64,000 nucleotides of DNA from Mobula hypostoma (Eukaryota). Numbering within the stretch: the first letter of the stretch is position 1; each line of letters begins with the position of its first letter. Shown in pieces: positions 1 to 12,740 of the stretch. The stretch spans positions 232,006,001 through 232,070,000 of the forward strand of contig NC_086097.1 in assembly GCF_963921235.1 (NCBI RefSeq), given 5' to 3'. The position numbers were made by a program, and so were the translations under genes. The notes under the pieces are model-generated. The model searched no databases, was not told where the DNA came from, and was given only the letters and a program-made list of their open reading frames with translations.

Positions 1-110
1 ATAAACAATAAATATAGAGAACATAAGATGGGGAGTCCTTGAAAGCGAATCCATTGGTTATGGGAACATTTCAATGATGGGGCTAGTAAAGTTGAGTGAA
101 GTTATTCCCA
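1..110 (-). mobile_element. Fragment of a Rex1/L2-type LINE 3' UTR (cut by window edge)
   Basis: Reverse complement resembles the 3' UTR sequence at 13890-13965 and 57540-57620 (…ccacaacc…actttcaaggactc…). Confidence 0.5.
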
Positions 111-225
111 TATTAACTCATTCAGACCCATCAATGTCATTGCAAACTGAATGTGTTAAATAAATAAATATATATATATACATAGAAATTTAAAACAAAA
201 ACCCATAGAATCGATGCTTTTACAG

Positions 226-452
226 CTCTTACAACTCCGCTGTTCGGAGTTCAGTTCTAGCGCTGTTCTGTAAGGAGTTTGTACATCTGCCCTGTGGAAT
301 GTGTGGGTTCCCTAGGTGTTCTGGTTTTCTCCCAAGATCCAAACACTTACCAGATAGGTTGATAGGTCATTGTAAATTGTCCCATGATCAAATTAGGTTA
401 ATCGGGGCTATCGGGTATTGCTAGGCCACGTGGCCTTAAAATAAAATAAACC
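226..452 (+). mobile_element. tRNA-derived V-SINE (HE1-like)
   Basis: B-box-like gagttcagttc followed by a V-domain-like core (tgtgtgggttccctaggtgttctggttttctccc…ccaaac) and an A-rich tail. Confidence 0.7.
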
Positions 453-466
453 TGCATAATTTGATC

Positions 467-652
467 AACACACACAAAATGCTGGAGAAACTCAGCAGGC
501 TGGGCAGAATCTATGGAAAAATATGCAGTCGACATTTTGGGCCAAGAGCCCTCCGGCAGGATGGGAGGAAAAAAAACTGAGGAGTGGATTTAAAATGTGG
601 GGGGAGGGGAGAGAGAAATTCCAGGCCATAGGTGAAAATTGGAGGGGATAAT
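467..652 (-). mobile_element. Penelope-like element 3' fragment with degenerate hammerhead motif
   Basis: Matches the recurring acacaaaatgctggag.aactcagcagg…gtcgac.ttt repeat, which at 22071-22600 is contiguous with a GIY-YIG ORF. Confidence 0.7.
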
Positions 653-2188
653 CTGCATAATTTGAATCCTATCAACCATAACATGATTCTAGGGGTTAAA
701 AGAAATATGAAGCTGGAAACAAAAGGAACAAGTGGTTTATGCCAACACTACTCTCACTTAGTACCCTTGGAGCAAAAATTATCTAGTATTCTGTCAGAAT
801 CTTTAATTGTCTGAAACTTAAGTTTATGTCCTTTTAACAAGAGTTTAACCATACTGTGAAATTCATTCTTATTGATTCAGAAACCACATTTCATTGAACT
901 AAGACTATTCCAAGTGTTTCATCTGGCTTAACAAAATAGTAGGTTGGAAAGATGTGAACGGCAGGGATAAAAGATCACAGGGTTCAGCATATACAATATA
1001 AGGTAACCCTTCCAATACTATGACATGGTAAAACCCCTTCAATATACACAGAGGATTCATTTTTAATATTCCCTATCGGCTGATCCTGTATCTACCTCTT
1101 GCTATAGCTGGCTGATGTGAGATCATTCTTAGTTTCAAACCATGGTTTTGGTGACTTAAACTTAGATTTTATAATATTGTAATTGTAAAGCAATGCAATA
1201 AGATGATGAAGGCTGGAAGTCTACAACTACCATTTGATATCAGCACAGGCTTATTGAAGTATTTGTCTTCAAGTCCTAATGCAGGAAATAATCTCTTAAA
1301 ATAGTTTTCATTTTGACATTGACATCAATAGATTAATATTTAATTACATAAGTACATGTTAGTAATATCCCAGAATGCAATTTTCATCTCTTGAAGATCT
1401 CACACTGACAACTACGTCTCTTTATTAAAGTTATGCCTGCAATGGTTTTTGCAATTAACAGTGAACAAATGTCGCTTGCATCAAATGTCTATAGTACATG
1501 CATCATTTTTTCGTCATTCGTACAGATCAGTACCTGACTGGTGTTCTACAGCACCAGAGCAGAAGCTCTTCCACTCACCTCATACAAAATGCTTCATTCA
1601 TGAATCAAGGATGCTCTGTATTTGCTTCTGAGAGCCTTACATGCAGACTTGATCTCATAGCTTCACACTGCTTGGTTTATTTTAATTTATCGCCTCTTTT
1701 CCTCTGCCTCTCAGCTTTGCAAAGAAATGGCTGAAATTATATTTTTAATTTCCTAAAGTCTCTTAAACTATTCTTGCCTTAGTTATGTTTGCTAGGATGC
1801 CTTCACATTTCAATTCCTTGCTCAATGCACCAAAGTTAAAGTCAATGACAAATGAGAAAATCTATTGGAGAAAACCAGGGTGCTGTCAAGATAGTTCACT
1901 CAAATGTACTGAACTGCACTTTGTAGTGGCCAGCATATCCACCTTATAATATCTAGATTCTATGAATATTCCTGCCCAATCTCATCACATTTCTTAATCT
2001 TCAGTAATGCCACCTAGCTTTATGCAGTTACAGTATGTCATATCTATTTATTAAAATGTTAGTAACATGAACATGCACATAGGAAATAGTTCATGTTCAA
2101 GTTCTCGTCTATTGACATTCAACCATACACATGTATACAGCTAAATGAAACAGTTTTCCTCTGGGATCAAGGTGAAAAACACAGTACA

Positions 2189-2527
2189 GATACTCAGTGA
2201 CCACTTTGTTAGGCACACCTGTGCACCTGCTCGTTTATGCAAATATCCAGTTAGCCAATCCTGTGTCAGCAACTCAATGCACAAAAGCATGGAGACACGG
2301 TCAAGAGGTTCAGTTGTTGTTTAGATGGGGTAGAAATGCGATCTAAGTGATGTTTGCCGTGGAGTAAATTTTGGTGCCAGACAGGGTGGTCTGAGTAGCT
2401 CAGAAACTGCTGATTTCCTAGAATTTTCATGCACAACAGTCTCTAGTGTTTACAGAGAATGGCGTGAAAACTAAAAAAAAGCATCCAGAACAGGTCTTCT
2501 GTGGGCAAAATGAGAGAGATCAGAGGA
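2189..2527 (+). mobile_element. Tc1-like DNA transposon remnant (left end and transposase N-terminus)
   Basis: End motif actcagtgaccactttgttagg; decayed translation similar to GARQGGLSSSETADFLEFSCTTVSSVYREW (Tc1 paired-like HTH). Homologous to the split copy at 45640-50960. Confidence 0.7.
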
Positions 2528-2920
2528 CCATAAGACATATTAGCAGAATGACCTATCAAGACTGCTCCACCATTCCATCATAGCTGACATTATCCCACTC
2601 AACAATATTTCCTGACTTCTCCCCATAACCTTCAATGACCTAAATAATCAAGAACTTACCCACTTCCACTTTAAATATACTCAATGACTTTGTCTCCACA
2701 GCCACCTTTGGCAATGTATTCCACAGATTCACTGCACTGCAGCTTATGAAGTTCCTCTTCATCTCAGTTCTAAATGGATGTCCCTCCTTTCTGAGGCTGT
2801 GTCCTCTGGTCTTTGACTCCCCCTCTATATGAAACAAGCTCTTTGCAACCGCTCTGTCTGGGCCTTTCAATGTTCAATGGGTTTCAATGAGAGCTCCTCT
2901 CATTTTTCTAAATTCCAGCA
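2528..2920 (-). mobile_element. CR1 LINE 3' fragment
   Basis: ORF 2640-2870 (TRGHSLRKEGHPFRTEMKRNF…VNLWNTLP) is the typical CR1 ORF2 C-terminus, followed by a CR1-type 3' tail. Confidence 0.85.
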
Positions 2921-3486
2921 CAGTCAATTGGCTGAATGGCTGGAACCAAACTGCAACCATACCTTATTTCCCAGGCATATTGTTGTTTCTCTGATGCAAA
3001 AAATCAAACGTAAAGGACTGTCTACATTTTTGAGGCAGATGAGAAATATAAACAGGCTGAACTAAAAAGTAATCATTAATTCTTATTAATTTTCTTATGA
3101 CTAATTTAAAATCCTTTATTTAATACCCGATTTAATACTGTGAGGACCCACCACAAAAAAAATTGTCCAGAAATTCTTTATCACCTGGAAAGATATGCTT
3201 CACCATCAGTAAATATTTGGACAGTGAATAATTTTTCTTAGGACCCACCACAGCAAAATTCTGTATCAGCCAATGTCCAATGTATCCTTTCACCATTAAG
3301 ATGCTGAGAGACATCCACATTTTGTGTAGTGGTGGGGAAGTTTCATCAGGTGTTGGCTTGTAGTTGAATCCATGATTGGTCTTTAACTTGAAGAGGATGC
3401 AGCTGAGACAAGTTCCAAGCACCAGACTGCAAAGTCTGGAACTTTGTTCAGACAAACTTGCTTTATGTCACAGTGAGTCAGGCCAT

Positions 3487-3720
3487 ACAGTACTGTGAAA
3501 AACTGTGCACCCACTCCACCCCATGCCACCCCGGCTCCTGGCACTCCTCTACTGCCACCTGTCCAACACCCCTCCCACGATGCTCCACCCTCGCCATTCC
3601 CAACATTCTTTGCTCCCACCAGATTTACAGACTTGCTCTCTGTTCCACGTTGACAAATACAGCACTGTGCAAACGCCTTAGGCACCCTATGTGTGTGCCT
3701 AAGCACGTTACCTACTGCGT
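3487..3720. mobile_element. Probable Tc1/mariner-derived MITE remnant
   Basis: Two copies of a tacagtactgtg.aaa end motif (3487, 3658) and the short inverted repeat cttaggcac…gtgcctaag. Confidence 0.4.
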
Positions 3721-3913
3721 GCTTCTCCATGAATCGTTGGGGTTTCTGCGGTTTACACATGCATCTACAAAATCAGAGAAGTGCTTTTCAGTTGTGCAAT
3801 GCACTTCTGTACATGAATGCATCTGACACAATGAGGACCAGGTAAGATATGACAGACATTGTGATGTACTTGGTAATTTAGCTGTTTCACATCCATTCAC
3901 TAGGTGGGAGGAG

Positions 3914-4543
3914 AAGATGGCGGCGCAACGCAGCGCACGCAGCTCTCCGGTGAAATGATATCGTATTTGTAAGTAGGATGTCGTGCACAATTCTGATTTG
4001 ATGGAGACAGATGTGAGAAGCAGAGGAACATCTGGAGAAATTTCTGAAATGCCCGGTTCGCTGCCGCTGCTACTGTGCGATCGAGAATCTCCGGAGGGAA
4101 GGCCGCAAAATCCCCGGCTTTGCCTGCTGCTGGCGACCGAGGCTGAGGTCGAAGCGTTTGGATAGAGATGGTGCTTGGTACTCGGTGTCGGAGAGCTGAT
4201 CAGAGCTCGAAGTTTTCGGACGACTCAGAGTCGGACTGTGGTCGCTCATGGCAAGGAAAGTTTTCTTCCTTCTCCCATCTGTGTGAGATGTGGGACTCGC
4301 AAGAGACTTTGAACTTTTTTACTATGCCATGGCCTGTTCTTCATCGAGTTATGGTATTGTTGTACTGTTGTAACTATAGGTTATAATTATGTGGTTTTTG
4401 TTAGTTTTTCAGTCTTGGTCTGTCCTGTGTTTCTGTGATATCACACCGGAGGAATATTGTATCATTTCTTAATGCATGCATTACTAAATGACAATAAAAG
4501 AGGATTGTGTGTCCTCATAATCTAATCTAATCTAATCAAATCT
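3914..4543 (+). mobile_element. Non-autonomous LINE-derived element, family A (aagatggcg head, (aatct)n tail)
   Basis: Highly similar copies at 9537-10160 (-) and 51561-52218 (-). CpG-rich body, aataaa plus microsatellite tail, no RT. Confidence 0.8.
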
Positions 4544-4553
4544 ATTACGGTTT

Positions 4554-5312
4554 AAGATGGCGTTGGTGAAACACAGTGATGCCTTACTGGCAGCAAACAA
4601 ATCTACTAACTACTCCATTAATCACAACCTTTCTGGACAACGATTACTGCAGTAAATAGCCCGTAACTTCCATTTTAGAGTCGAGCTTTTGCAAAGCCTG
4701 GGCCACCTGACATTTTTGCGGTGTGAACTGAAGCCTTGAAGGTGCAGTGTGGTTGTGACATGGTGCGTGTGGGCCAAGTTGAGACAGGGAGGAACAAGCC
4801 AGAGTTTGGCTATTGTTGAAGTTGACCTGTCAAAGTGACAGATCTGAGGTGAGACGAGGCAGAGTTGAGGTGGTGGTGGAGCCTATGCCCAAAAGCGAGG
4901 AACAAGCCGAGGTTTAGGCCATTTCAATGCTGGGCCACATTGAACAGGCTAGAGTGTTGGGGCTGGAGGCGAGGGACGAGCTGGTGTTCAGCTTGCTGTT
5001 CTGTGAGGTTTACTTGTCTCTGCACTGAAATGAGGCTGTGAGCTACAATTAACAGCCTCCTGCAGCCGCTGCAGTGCTGACGGGCTTCGTGGCAATGATC
5101 TCATTTTCGTGAACTTTAGTTCCAAATGATATTTTTATGGTTTGCATGATCTGTCAATTATCTTGCACATTGGGTGTTCGGTGATCTTCTTTTTTAATGG
5201 GTTTTATTGGGTATCTTGTTTTGTGACTGACTGTTAGGAGACAAATCTCAAGGGTGTATATAGTATACATCCTTTGATAATAAATATACTTTGACCTTTG
5301 AACTTTTGAACT
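4554..5312 (+). mobile_element. Non-autonomous LINE-derived element, family B (aagatggcg head, ctttgataataaa…(actttga)n tail)
   Basis: The same 3' end recurs at about 7150-7265, 10873-11160 (-), 12740-12875, 55980-56080 and 60515-60620 (-). Confidence 0.7.
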
Positions 5313-5399
5313 ATTTTCTGCTGCAATACCATCACATAACATTCTGAGCACAGTGGTACATGATGTACTTCGAGTATTTATTGAGTGTTTATTGTTTAT

Positions 5400-6200
5400 A
5401 CTCAATTGCCTTGGAGATGTTCATGAGTTTCTTCTTGGAACTGCCACAGCACTTCTGATGAAAGTCCTCCCACAATTCTTAGGAGGGTATTCCTGGTTCT
5501 GGATCTGATAACAATGGAGGGACAAATTGTTGAGTTACTTCTGAATCATGACGGTATGCTTAAGGGGCAACATGTAGGTGATTCATACACCTTTTGGTGT
5601 TACACACTGCAGATTTGGGGAATGACTTGAAACACTATCCTAGGCGAATAACTTGCAGATGGAATACCCTGTGGCCACAGTGCAGTAGCAGTGGAGAGAA
5701 TGAGTAGTCTACATGGCTGCTGGGGCAAGAGTTAAGCGGGTGGCTTTGTCTTGGTTGGTGTTGAGCTCTGTGAGTGTTGCTTGAGCTGCATCCTTCAAGA
5801 CAAGTGAAAGATATTTCATCATATTTCAGTTTTATGCCTTGCTGATGGTGTTAGGTCTTTGGGAAACCAGCAGTTGAGTAATTTATTGAAGGATACCCAA
5901 CCTTGGACAGTGTTTATGTAGATGGTCCGGTTCAGTTTCTAGTCAAGGATTACCACTTGAGTGTCTGCTGTGAGTGTTTTGGGGGTTGGGTGGAAGAGGT
6001 GAAGAATGGCACCTCCTAGAACTTTAAGGCAATAGCGTTACTTGTCATTTATCAACTTATGCCAAAATAAAGTCTGGATCTTGCTACATGCAGGCATAAG
6101 CTACTTCTTTTGCTGAAGGCTTTCAAATAGCATTGAATTTGAACAATTATTAGTGAACATAACTACTTTTGACCTTCCTGAATCTGATCTTCAACAACCA
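5400..6200 (-). mobile_element. Highly decayed CR1/L2-clade LINE 3' portion
   Basis: Reverse complement resembles the better-preserved LINE 3' end at 28630-29015. Confidence 0.5.
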
Positions 6201-6237
6201 CATCATCTCTAGTGTAAGATCTGGCACTAACTATTTG

Positions 6238-6591
6238 TATCATGAGTCCTGTAGTGAGTCGTAAAGCGTTGGGTTTCTAGGATTCTGAAGCACCCGTATT
6301 TACTAATTGTCTTAACTAGAGTTGTTAAGCTCTTGTGCTTTCTGTTTAATCTTGTCAAGTTAATTGTGATGGCCGCAGGTTTTCCGCATTCTATGATTGT
6401 TTAAAGTGGACTCCTGTTTAGTGCTCATTACAGGGGCCTTTATGTTCAGAATGATTTGCCTTGCAGTGTTACTCGATCGTGCCATGGATGTCTGTTCGAA
6501 TTCCTATGTATAACTCTTGTTTCCATTTCTACATGGGAGTCTGCTGATCCTCTGCACCTTGGTTCAGTCATTGCCAGAGCTCACTGTGACA
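6238..6591 (+). mobile_element. Possible solo LTR (Gypsy-like), decayed
   Basis: Ends ctctgcaccttggttc…ctgtgaca, as fish Gypsy LTRs do. No clear TSD. Confidence 0.3.
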
Positions 6592-6799
6592 AAGTGAGGT
6601 TTTTTTCTCTCCTTGATTTCAGTTTTAGCAAGATTGAGCCTCTTTTAATCAATATCAGGAGGGTCAGGCAGTGGACACTGGATACAGCGAGTCTTATTGG
6701 TGATGGTCACAGCAAAATGTGAGGCACTGTCCTCCCAAAGGCAGAAAAAGGTGTGTTACGAATAGTTTTTAAAAATTTTGCAACCAATTTGGAGACGTC

Positions 6800-7265
6800 G
6801 AGAATGGCTTCTTCGGCAGTGAAATCTAGGCCGGGAACAATTTGTTGCAGTGGGGCCCGGTTCCTAGTGTGAGGTTCAGACAACTTAAATGCCAGCTCAG
6901 ATAGACTGGGGCCTTCTCACTCTGTGAGATTGCCCCCAGCTGCTGTGCTTCAAGTCTGCGAACTTTGTGGCGATATGCCCTGCTAATATGATGAACTGAA
7001 TATCGAAGGCTTGGGGCCTGCTCTGAGCTGTTCAAGGGATTCGGATCTAAGGACTCAATTTGGTTTAGAATGCTATTGTTGTTGCTCGCTTCTGTTGTTT
7101 GCATGATTTGTTTTTTTTTCTCTTTCTCTGTGTGCACTGGGGTTGGTCATTTTTTAAAAATTGGTTCTTTCAGGTTCCTTGCTTTGCGACTGCCTGTAAG
7201 CAAACAAATCTCAAGGTTGTATATGTTAATACATACTTTGATAATAAATGCCCTTTGACTCTTGA
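6800..7265 (+). mobile_element. Non-autonomous family-B-type element
   Basis: 3' end aatctcaaggttgtatatg…atactttgataataaa…ctttgactcttga is shared with 4554-5312. Confidence 0.65.
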
Positions 7266-7675
7266 TTTTTATGGCGCACCTTTGAAAAACTCCATTCATT
7301 TTTTCATTGCTATCTCTGGTCTATCTAAATTCACAGTAGCATCTTTTTTGACATGGTCGTTTCAAACAAATTGAGAAACTGAATGAATGAGGATAAACAG
7401 AAATCTAATTTGTTCCAGACTGCTTGCAGCTAACGTCCTCACAAATTTTCTCCCAATGACTTGAGGTCCGGTCCTATTCAAAAAAAAACTTGCAAATCAT
7501 AAAACCATCTGTAAAACATAATAATTAAGTGCTCCCTTTGAAAGGAGTGATCTGGAGGAGCTGAATTGCCAACTTCCTGATCAAAGGACCAGAATTCAAA
7601 TCATGGTTTTAGTTCAGACAGCCAGACTTGGCTCAAGTTTTTACATTTGGATGAGTTTTGTTAGTCTTTTGCCAG

Positions 7676-7720
7676 GACCTTCAGCTGGAGAGCTCAGCAG
7701 AGCGTAGTAAGACAATTTAT
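7676..7720 (+). other. Candidate 45-nt symmetric host exon (DLQLESSAERSKTIY in phase 0)
   Basis: Acceptor ttttgttagtcttttgccag, donor gtgagt, length a multiple of 3, in non-repeat DNA. Peptide not recognised. Confidence 0.25.
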
Positions 7721-8534
7721 GTGAGTATCTTTACCATGCTCTTCACATGCAGGAAGATATTGGAAGATACTTTACACCAAGTGATCTCTGAGCAGGACTT
7801 GGAAGCAGAGAGAGGGGTTTGTTTAGATTGCATATGCACCACACTGCAGATCCATATCTCTTACGATGGAAAGCAAAGTAACAGCAAAAGTAAAACATCA
7901 GACGTGACAGGAAGAAATGCAGAAGCAGGAGCCGAGGTCCTCCAAACTCAAAAAAAAAATCATTGCAAGGAATTTAATTCCAAAAGTAACAGAACTTTGT
8001 GGTTTGGAAAGTGAAGCTTTTATCATGTTAGCATGTTTTGACTCCGAAGTAAAATCCCCTTTGCCAGCATACTCTGGTTTTGATCATTCCGTAAGTCTTT
8101 CCGTCTCAGTGGTTTTGACGGCCTTTGCTCTAAAACCAAATTGCAGAATTATTACAAGTTTTTACACACAGAAATTATGCATCGCAAATGTTTTATATGT
8201 CACTGAACTTCAAAGTACATTTACTATCATTATACATTATTCGACTTTGAAATTCGTCTCCTTACGGGCAGCCACAGAACAGGAACCCATTCAGAAAAAA
8301 TGAGCAACACAGATCCAATACACGGGGAGAGAAACAAAACACAACATATAATGCAACCGGTAAAAACAAGAGTGAAGTGCTTAGAATGAAACTGAGTCCA
8401 CAGACACGAAGCCCGGAGCAGCTGGATCAGGCCCATATCCTCAGCCTCAGTTCATCTCACAGCAGAGCAGAATGCATTGGAGCTCACAGACACAGGGCCT
8501 GGAGCAGCCGAAAAAGACCTGCTGCAAAGAATCT

Positions 8535-8790
8535 GTACAGCATGGAAAAGCCCTCCTGGCCCTTCAAACCACACCACCTAGCAATCTCCCGACTTAATTC
8601 TAGCCTAATCACAGGACAATTTAGAATGACCAATTACCCTACCAACTGGTACGTCTTTAGACTGTGGGAGGAAACTGGAGCATCCGGAGGAAGCCCATGG
8701 GGAGGGCGTGCGAACTCCTTAAAGCCAGTGCCTGGAATTGAACCCAGGTCGCCTGTACTGTAAAGCGCTGTGCTAACCACTGCACCACGC
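8535..8790 (-). mobile_element. V-SINE (HE1-like)
   Basis: Reverse complement gives a tRNA-like head (gcgtggtgcagtggttagcacagcgc…ggttcaattcc) and the V-domain cttcctccggatgctccagtttcctcccacagtc. Confidence 0.8.
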
Positions 8791-9536
8791 TACCATGTCA
8801 CGCCAAATCTCGTGTGTAGTACTTTTAGTGGCTTTTCTTTACTCACCTATAAACCTGGGACCAATACTTAACCTAAAAGAAAAAAAAACTAGTACACACT
8901 CAAACTGTTTATCTGGAGAGAAGTAATTCAACATCACACATACTAGGTAATTGGCAAATTTTGCAACATTCATTAGCCGGCAGTCTTTGACAGCTCTATT
9001 CACATAGAGGATTGATTATTGGAACAGTGGCAGTGTGAGTGGGTCAAGTGCATGTAAAATATAGTCTAGAAAGCCAAATGTCAAATTTGTGTATCGCTTT
9101 GTACCAGCTCCACTTTACGGTTTTACTCCTGCAAGATGCAAGACTTGTAACCCCTAGCAAAGCAGTGGAATGGTAATGATCTTTACTTTTCTCCTATAAT
9201 GCTCTGTGATTGTCATCTCAGGAAATTTTAATTGTTATTTCTACTTGCAACCTGCCTCTATTCAGGATTGCTCATCAAGGCAAATTGTCAAAATCCATAA
9301 AGTTAAACAGATTTGGAAAAATAACCCAGGATGGAAACACTAACTAGGAAAGCACAGAAAATTTCACATGGACAGAGCCTTGATGCTTTAAAAGCATTAT
9401 TCCTTGAAGAATAGTTTTTTTAAAGGTAGATAACATATTAGAATTGTGAGATTAATAAATGGGGAACACAGGGTGCAATAATAAAATAATAACACAATGT
9501 TTCAGATGAATGGTTAGATCATAGGACCATAAAACA

Positions 9537-10160
9537 TTAGATTAGATCATTGTTAGATTATGGGGACACACAGTTCTCTTTTAGTAATGCATGCGTTAAG
9601 AAATGATACAATATGATACAATATGGGTTTTTTTTTGTATTCTATACTCACGCTCTATTCTTGGTTGGTGCGGCTGCAATGAAAACCAAATTTCCCTTGG
9701 GATTAATAAAGTATATCTATCTATCTATTCCTCCGGTGTGATATCACAGAAACACAGGACAGACCAAGACTGAAAAACTAACAAAACCACATAATTATAA
9801 CATAGAGTTACAACAGTGCAACAATACCATAACTTGATGAAGAACAGGCCATGGGCACATTAAAAAAGTTCAAAGTCTCTTGAGAGTCCCACATCTCATA
9901 CAGAAGGGAGAAGGAAGAAAACTCTCCCTGCCATGCCCGACCACAGTCCGACTCTGAGTCGTCCGAAAACTTCGAGTCTCCGATCAGCTCTCCGACACCG
10001 AGTACCGAGCACCATCTCTGCCGAACGCTTCGACCCCAGCCTCGGTCACCAGCAGCAGGCAAAGCCGGGGATTTTGGGGCCTTCCCTCCGGAGATTCTCA
10101 ATCGCACAGTAGCAGCGGCAGCAAACCGGGCATTTCAGAAGTTTCCCCAGATGTTCCACA
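9537..10160 (-). mobile_element. Family A non-autonomous element (5'-truncated) with a nested + strand LINE tail at about 9625-9727
   Basis: Reverse-complement match to about 4030-4540. The insert ends in aataaagtatatctatctatcta. Confidence 0.75.
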
Positions 10161-10517
10161 GGAGCAGAATTAGGCCATTCCCTCATGGCTGATTTATTAT
10201 CCCTCTCAACCCCATTCTTCAATCTTCACCCCATAACCTTTGATGCCCCTACTAATCAAATACGTATCAACCTCCACTTTAATAATACCCAATGACTTGG
10301 CCTCCACAGCCGCTTGTGGCAAAGAATTCCACAGATTCAACACCTCTGGCTAAAATAATTCCTCCTCATCTCTGTTCTAAAGGGATTTCTTCATATTCTG
10401 GTCCTAGAATCTCCCACTATTGGAAACATCCTCTCCAAGTTCACTAGGCCTTTCAATATTCGATTGGTTTCAATGAGATGTCCCTTCGTTCTTCTGAACG
10501 CCAACAAGCACAGGCCG
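10161..10517 (-). mobile_element. CR1 LINE 3' fragment
   Basis: gaattccacagattca and ggagcagaattaggcc CR1 3' signatures, shared with 2528-2920. Confidence 0.8.
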
Positions 10518-11717
10518 GGTTAGATGACAGAGGGTGCGTGTAACAAAAATACATGCCTCTCTCTGTATTTTGTTCTGAGCCTGATGGTGATATGACCAAA
10601 ACTGGCAGTATCAGTTAAGTTCTGTACATTTAAGTACATATATTAAGGGTTTGTACCCAACAGAGTTGACCCTGATGAGGAGATCAAAATTCCGCAATAA
10701 ATACCTAATCAGGAAGAGGAGCAGGGATTTAAGGTTAAAATGGTAAAATGGTTCATAAGGGTATGCGGAATCTTGAAAACTGATCTTGAAGTGTCATCAT
10801 TGGAGCATATTGGCATATTGGGTTTTCATTAGATGGGACAGCTTCTTGTTCCTTCTGCAGATTCAAGAGAATTCAAAGATTCAAAGCACATTTATAGCAA
10901 CACACGCAAAATACTGGAAAGACCCAGCAGTCAAACAGTGTCTATTGAAAAGAGTAAGTAGCTGACAGTTCGAGCACTGACCCTTCTTCAGGACTGAGAT
11001 TATCGAAGTATCTCTGCTGAATACAGCTCTGAGATTTCTCTTCCCACAGGCAGCCATGAAACAAAGAAACTCCATGGAACCCATACAAAGAAACAATCAA
11101 GCAACTAACGCGCAACAAAAAGAACAAATTGTGCAAATGGCGAAAAGCAAGTGAACAACACATCGAATATCACCATCAAACCAGGAGTCCAGGAGTATTC
11201 AGTTTAGTTCAGTTCAGGCTTTGTTAATTCTCAAACATTCGTGATAGGATTTAATTCACATTTTTAGATTTATTTGTCCAATTTCTTACTGAAACTACTT
11301 TACTAACCAAAAGGCCAACAGAAAATACAGAGACTACTCAGTGAGACAGAAAACTGGAAGACTGTTTGGATAAGTAGTGAAATCAAACCGTAAATGGTCC
11401 TGTCCCCAGCCAATCCAAACTTGATTTGAGTTTGAGGATTCTGAATTCCTTTGTACCTGGCAAGACCCATATTCATACACACACAGTCAGGCACCACACC
11501 AAAGAGAAAGGGTGTGTACTTTACGTCCTGTTTACCTGACATCCCAGCCCAGATCCCACTTCATGCCGAATGGTTCAGCTCTCTCAAGGTACGTCTGCTC
11601 TGTCTATTGCTCCTCATTAACCCAATTTTATGTCCACAGCCAAAATGTCATTCTAAGACCCTTTGTGACAGAATTATCTGCCATCTTATCAGACCATATA
11701 TTAATTAATCTCCAAGA

Positions 11718-11960
11718 GGACTGCAAACTTGTCATGGGATTTAGAGGCTTGTGTGAGCTTTGTTAGTTGGAGTCAGGGCTTTGTGTTTTGACTCTTGGTA
11801 GTATCACCCATGCCAAAGAGGTCAAAGAGCAGAGACCAGACTAAGAGTGCTCTACCAGTCCTCCAAGTTTGGGGGTTCAGCTCAGAGCTGTCAACCCTGA
11901 CTGGTAAAAAAATTGTTACAGAAACAGCGAAGAGAGATCTTCATTGTTGCCCTAAAATGC
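11718..11960 (+). mobile_element. RTE-type non-autonomous element leader (decayed)
   Basis: Homologous to 41474-41710 (cttgtcatgg…gaggcttgtgtg…cccatgccaaa.aggtcaaag…ccagactaagag). Confidence 0.65.
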
Positions 11961-12574
11961 CAGTTGTATGATAAGCAGAAAGGAAGCAATATATTAATTA
12001 AGACTATTACTCTTTCATGAATACTCGTGAGATTTTCATGTTTAAAGAAACCCTTCTAAACGCCAGCTCACCATGCCCATAACAGGTACTGTTTAGTTTT
12101 TGCTTCATGAATTTAGCACTTGAGTTTTCTGTCACCAGTGTCAATGTCGGTCTGACCAGTTAACTTGGAACCGTACAATTCAGAAACATTTCACATGCAA
12201 GTGATAGCTTGGGAATGGCTAACTTCTTTGAAGGAAGTGAAGCTGGGATGGGGGTGTCTATGAGAGGGTGATCCCTGTATGGCCATAAACCTACACAAGA
12301 TGTTCAGTAAAACCATGCACTGAGAAATAGGAATGGCTTCCTGTGTTACATTAACTAACCTGGTGACCCCTTCCAGACATTTGGCCCTGTCACAGAGCAT
12401 TTATATAAAGAAAGCTGACCTGGTCTAATCCAATAGAGCCCAAAACATGTGTTGCTCGTTCTGCATTAGGCTGTCAGCCTCTAAACATCACTGATGAGTA
12501 ATTACAGTGTTTTCTATTCTCCGTTTGGATTTCCATCACGTTTTTTGTGTATTTAACCCTTTGTGGAATGGAAA

Positions 12575-12740
12575 AACAAAAAAAAATCTGCAGATGTTGG
12601 AAATCTGAAATAAAGTAAGTGTGTGCAACACACACAAAATGCTAAGGGTCTCGGCCGGAAACGTCGACTGTACTCTTTTCCATAGATGCTGGTTGGCCTG
12701 CTGAGTTCCTTAGCATTTTGTGGGTGTTGCAGATTTTCTC
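12575..12740. mobile_element. Short Penelope-like insert with inverted terminal arrangement
   Basis: caacacacacaaaatgct followed by the inverted partner agcattttgtgggtgttg. The + part starts in the hammerhead stem II (aagggtctcggccggaaacgtcgact). Confidence 0.7.

Noticed and set aside
10672..10712. Hammerhead-like ctgatga-ggag…ttcc-gcaa
   Set aside because: GAAA is replaced by GCAA and no stem I or III can be formed, so it is probably chance.
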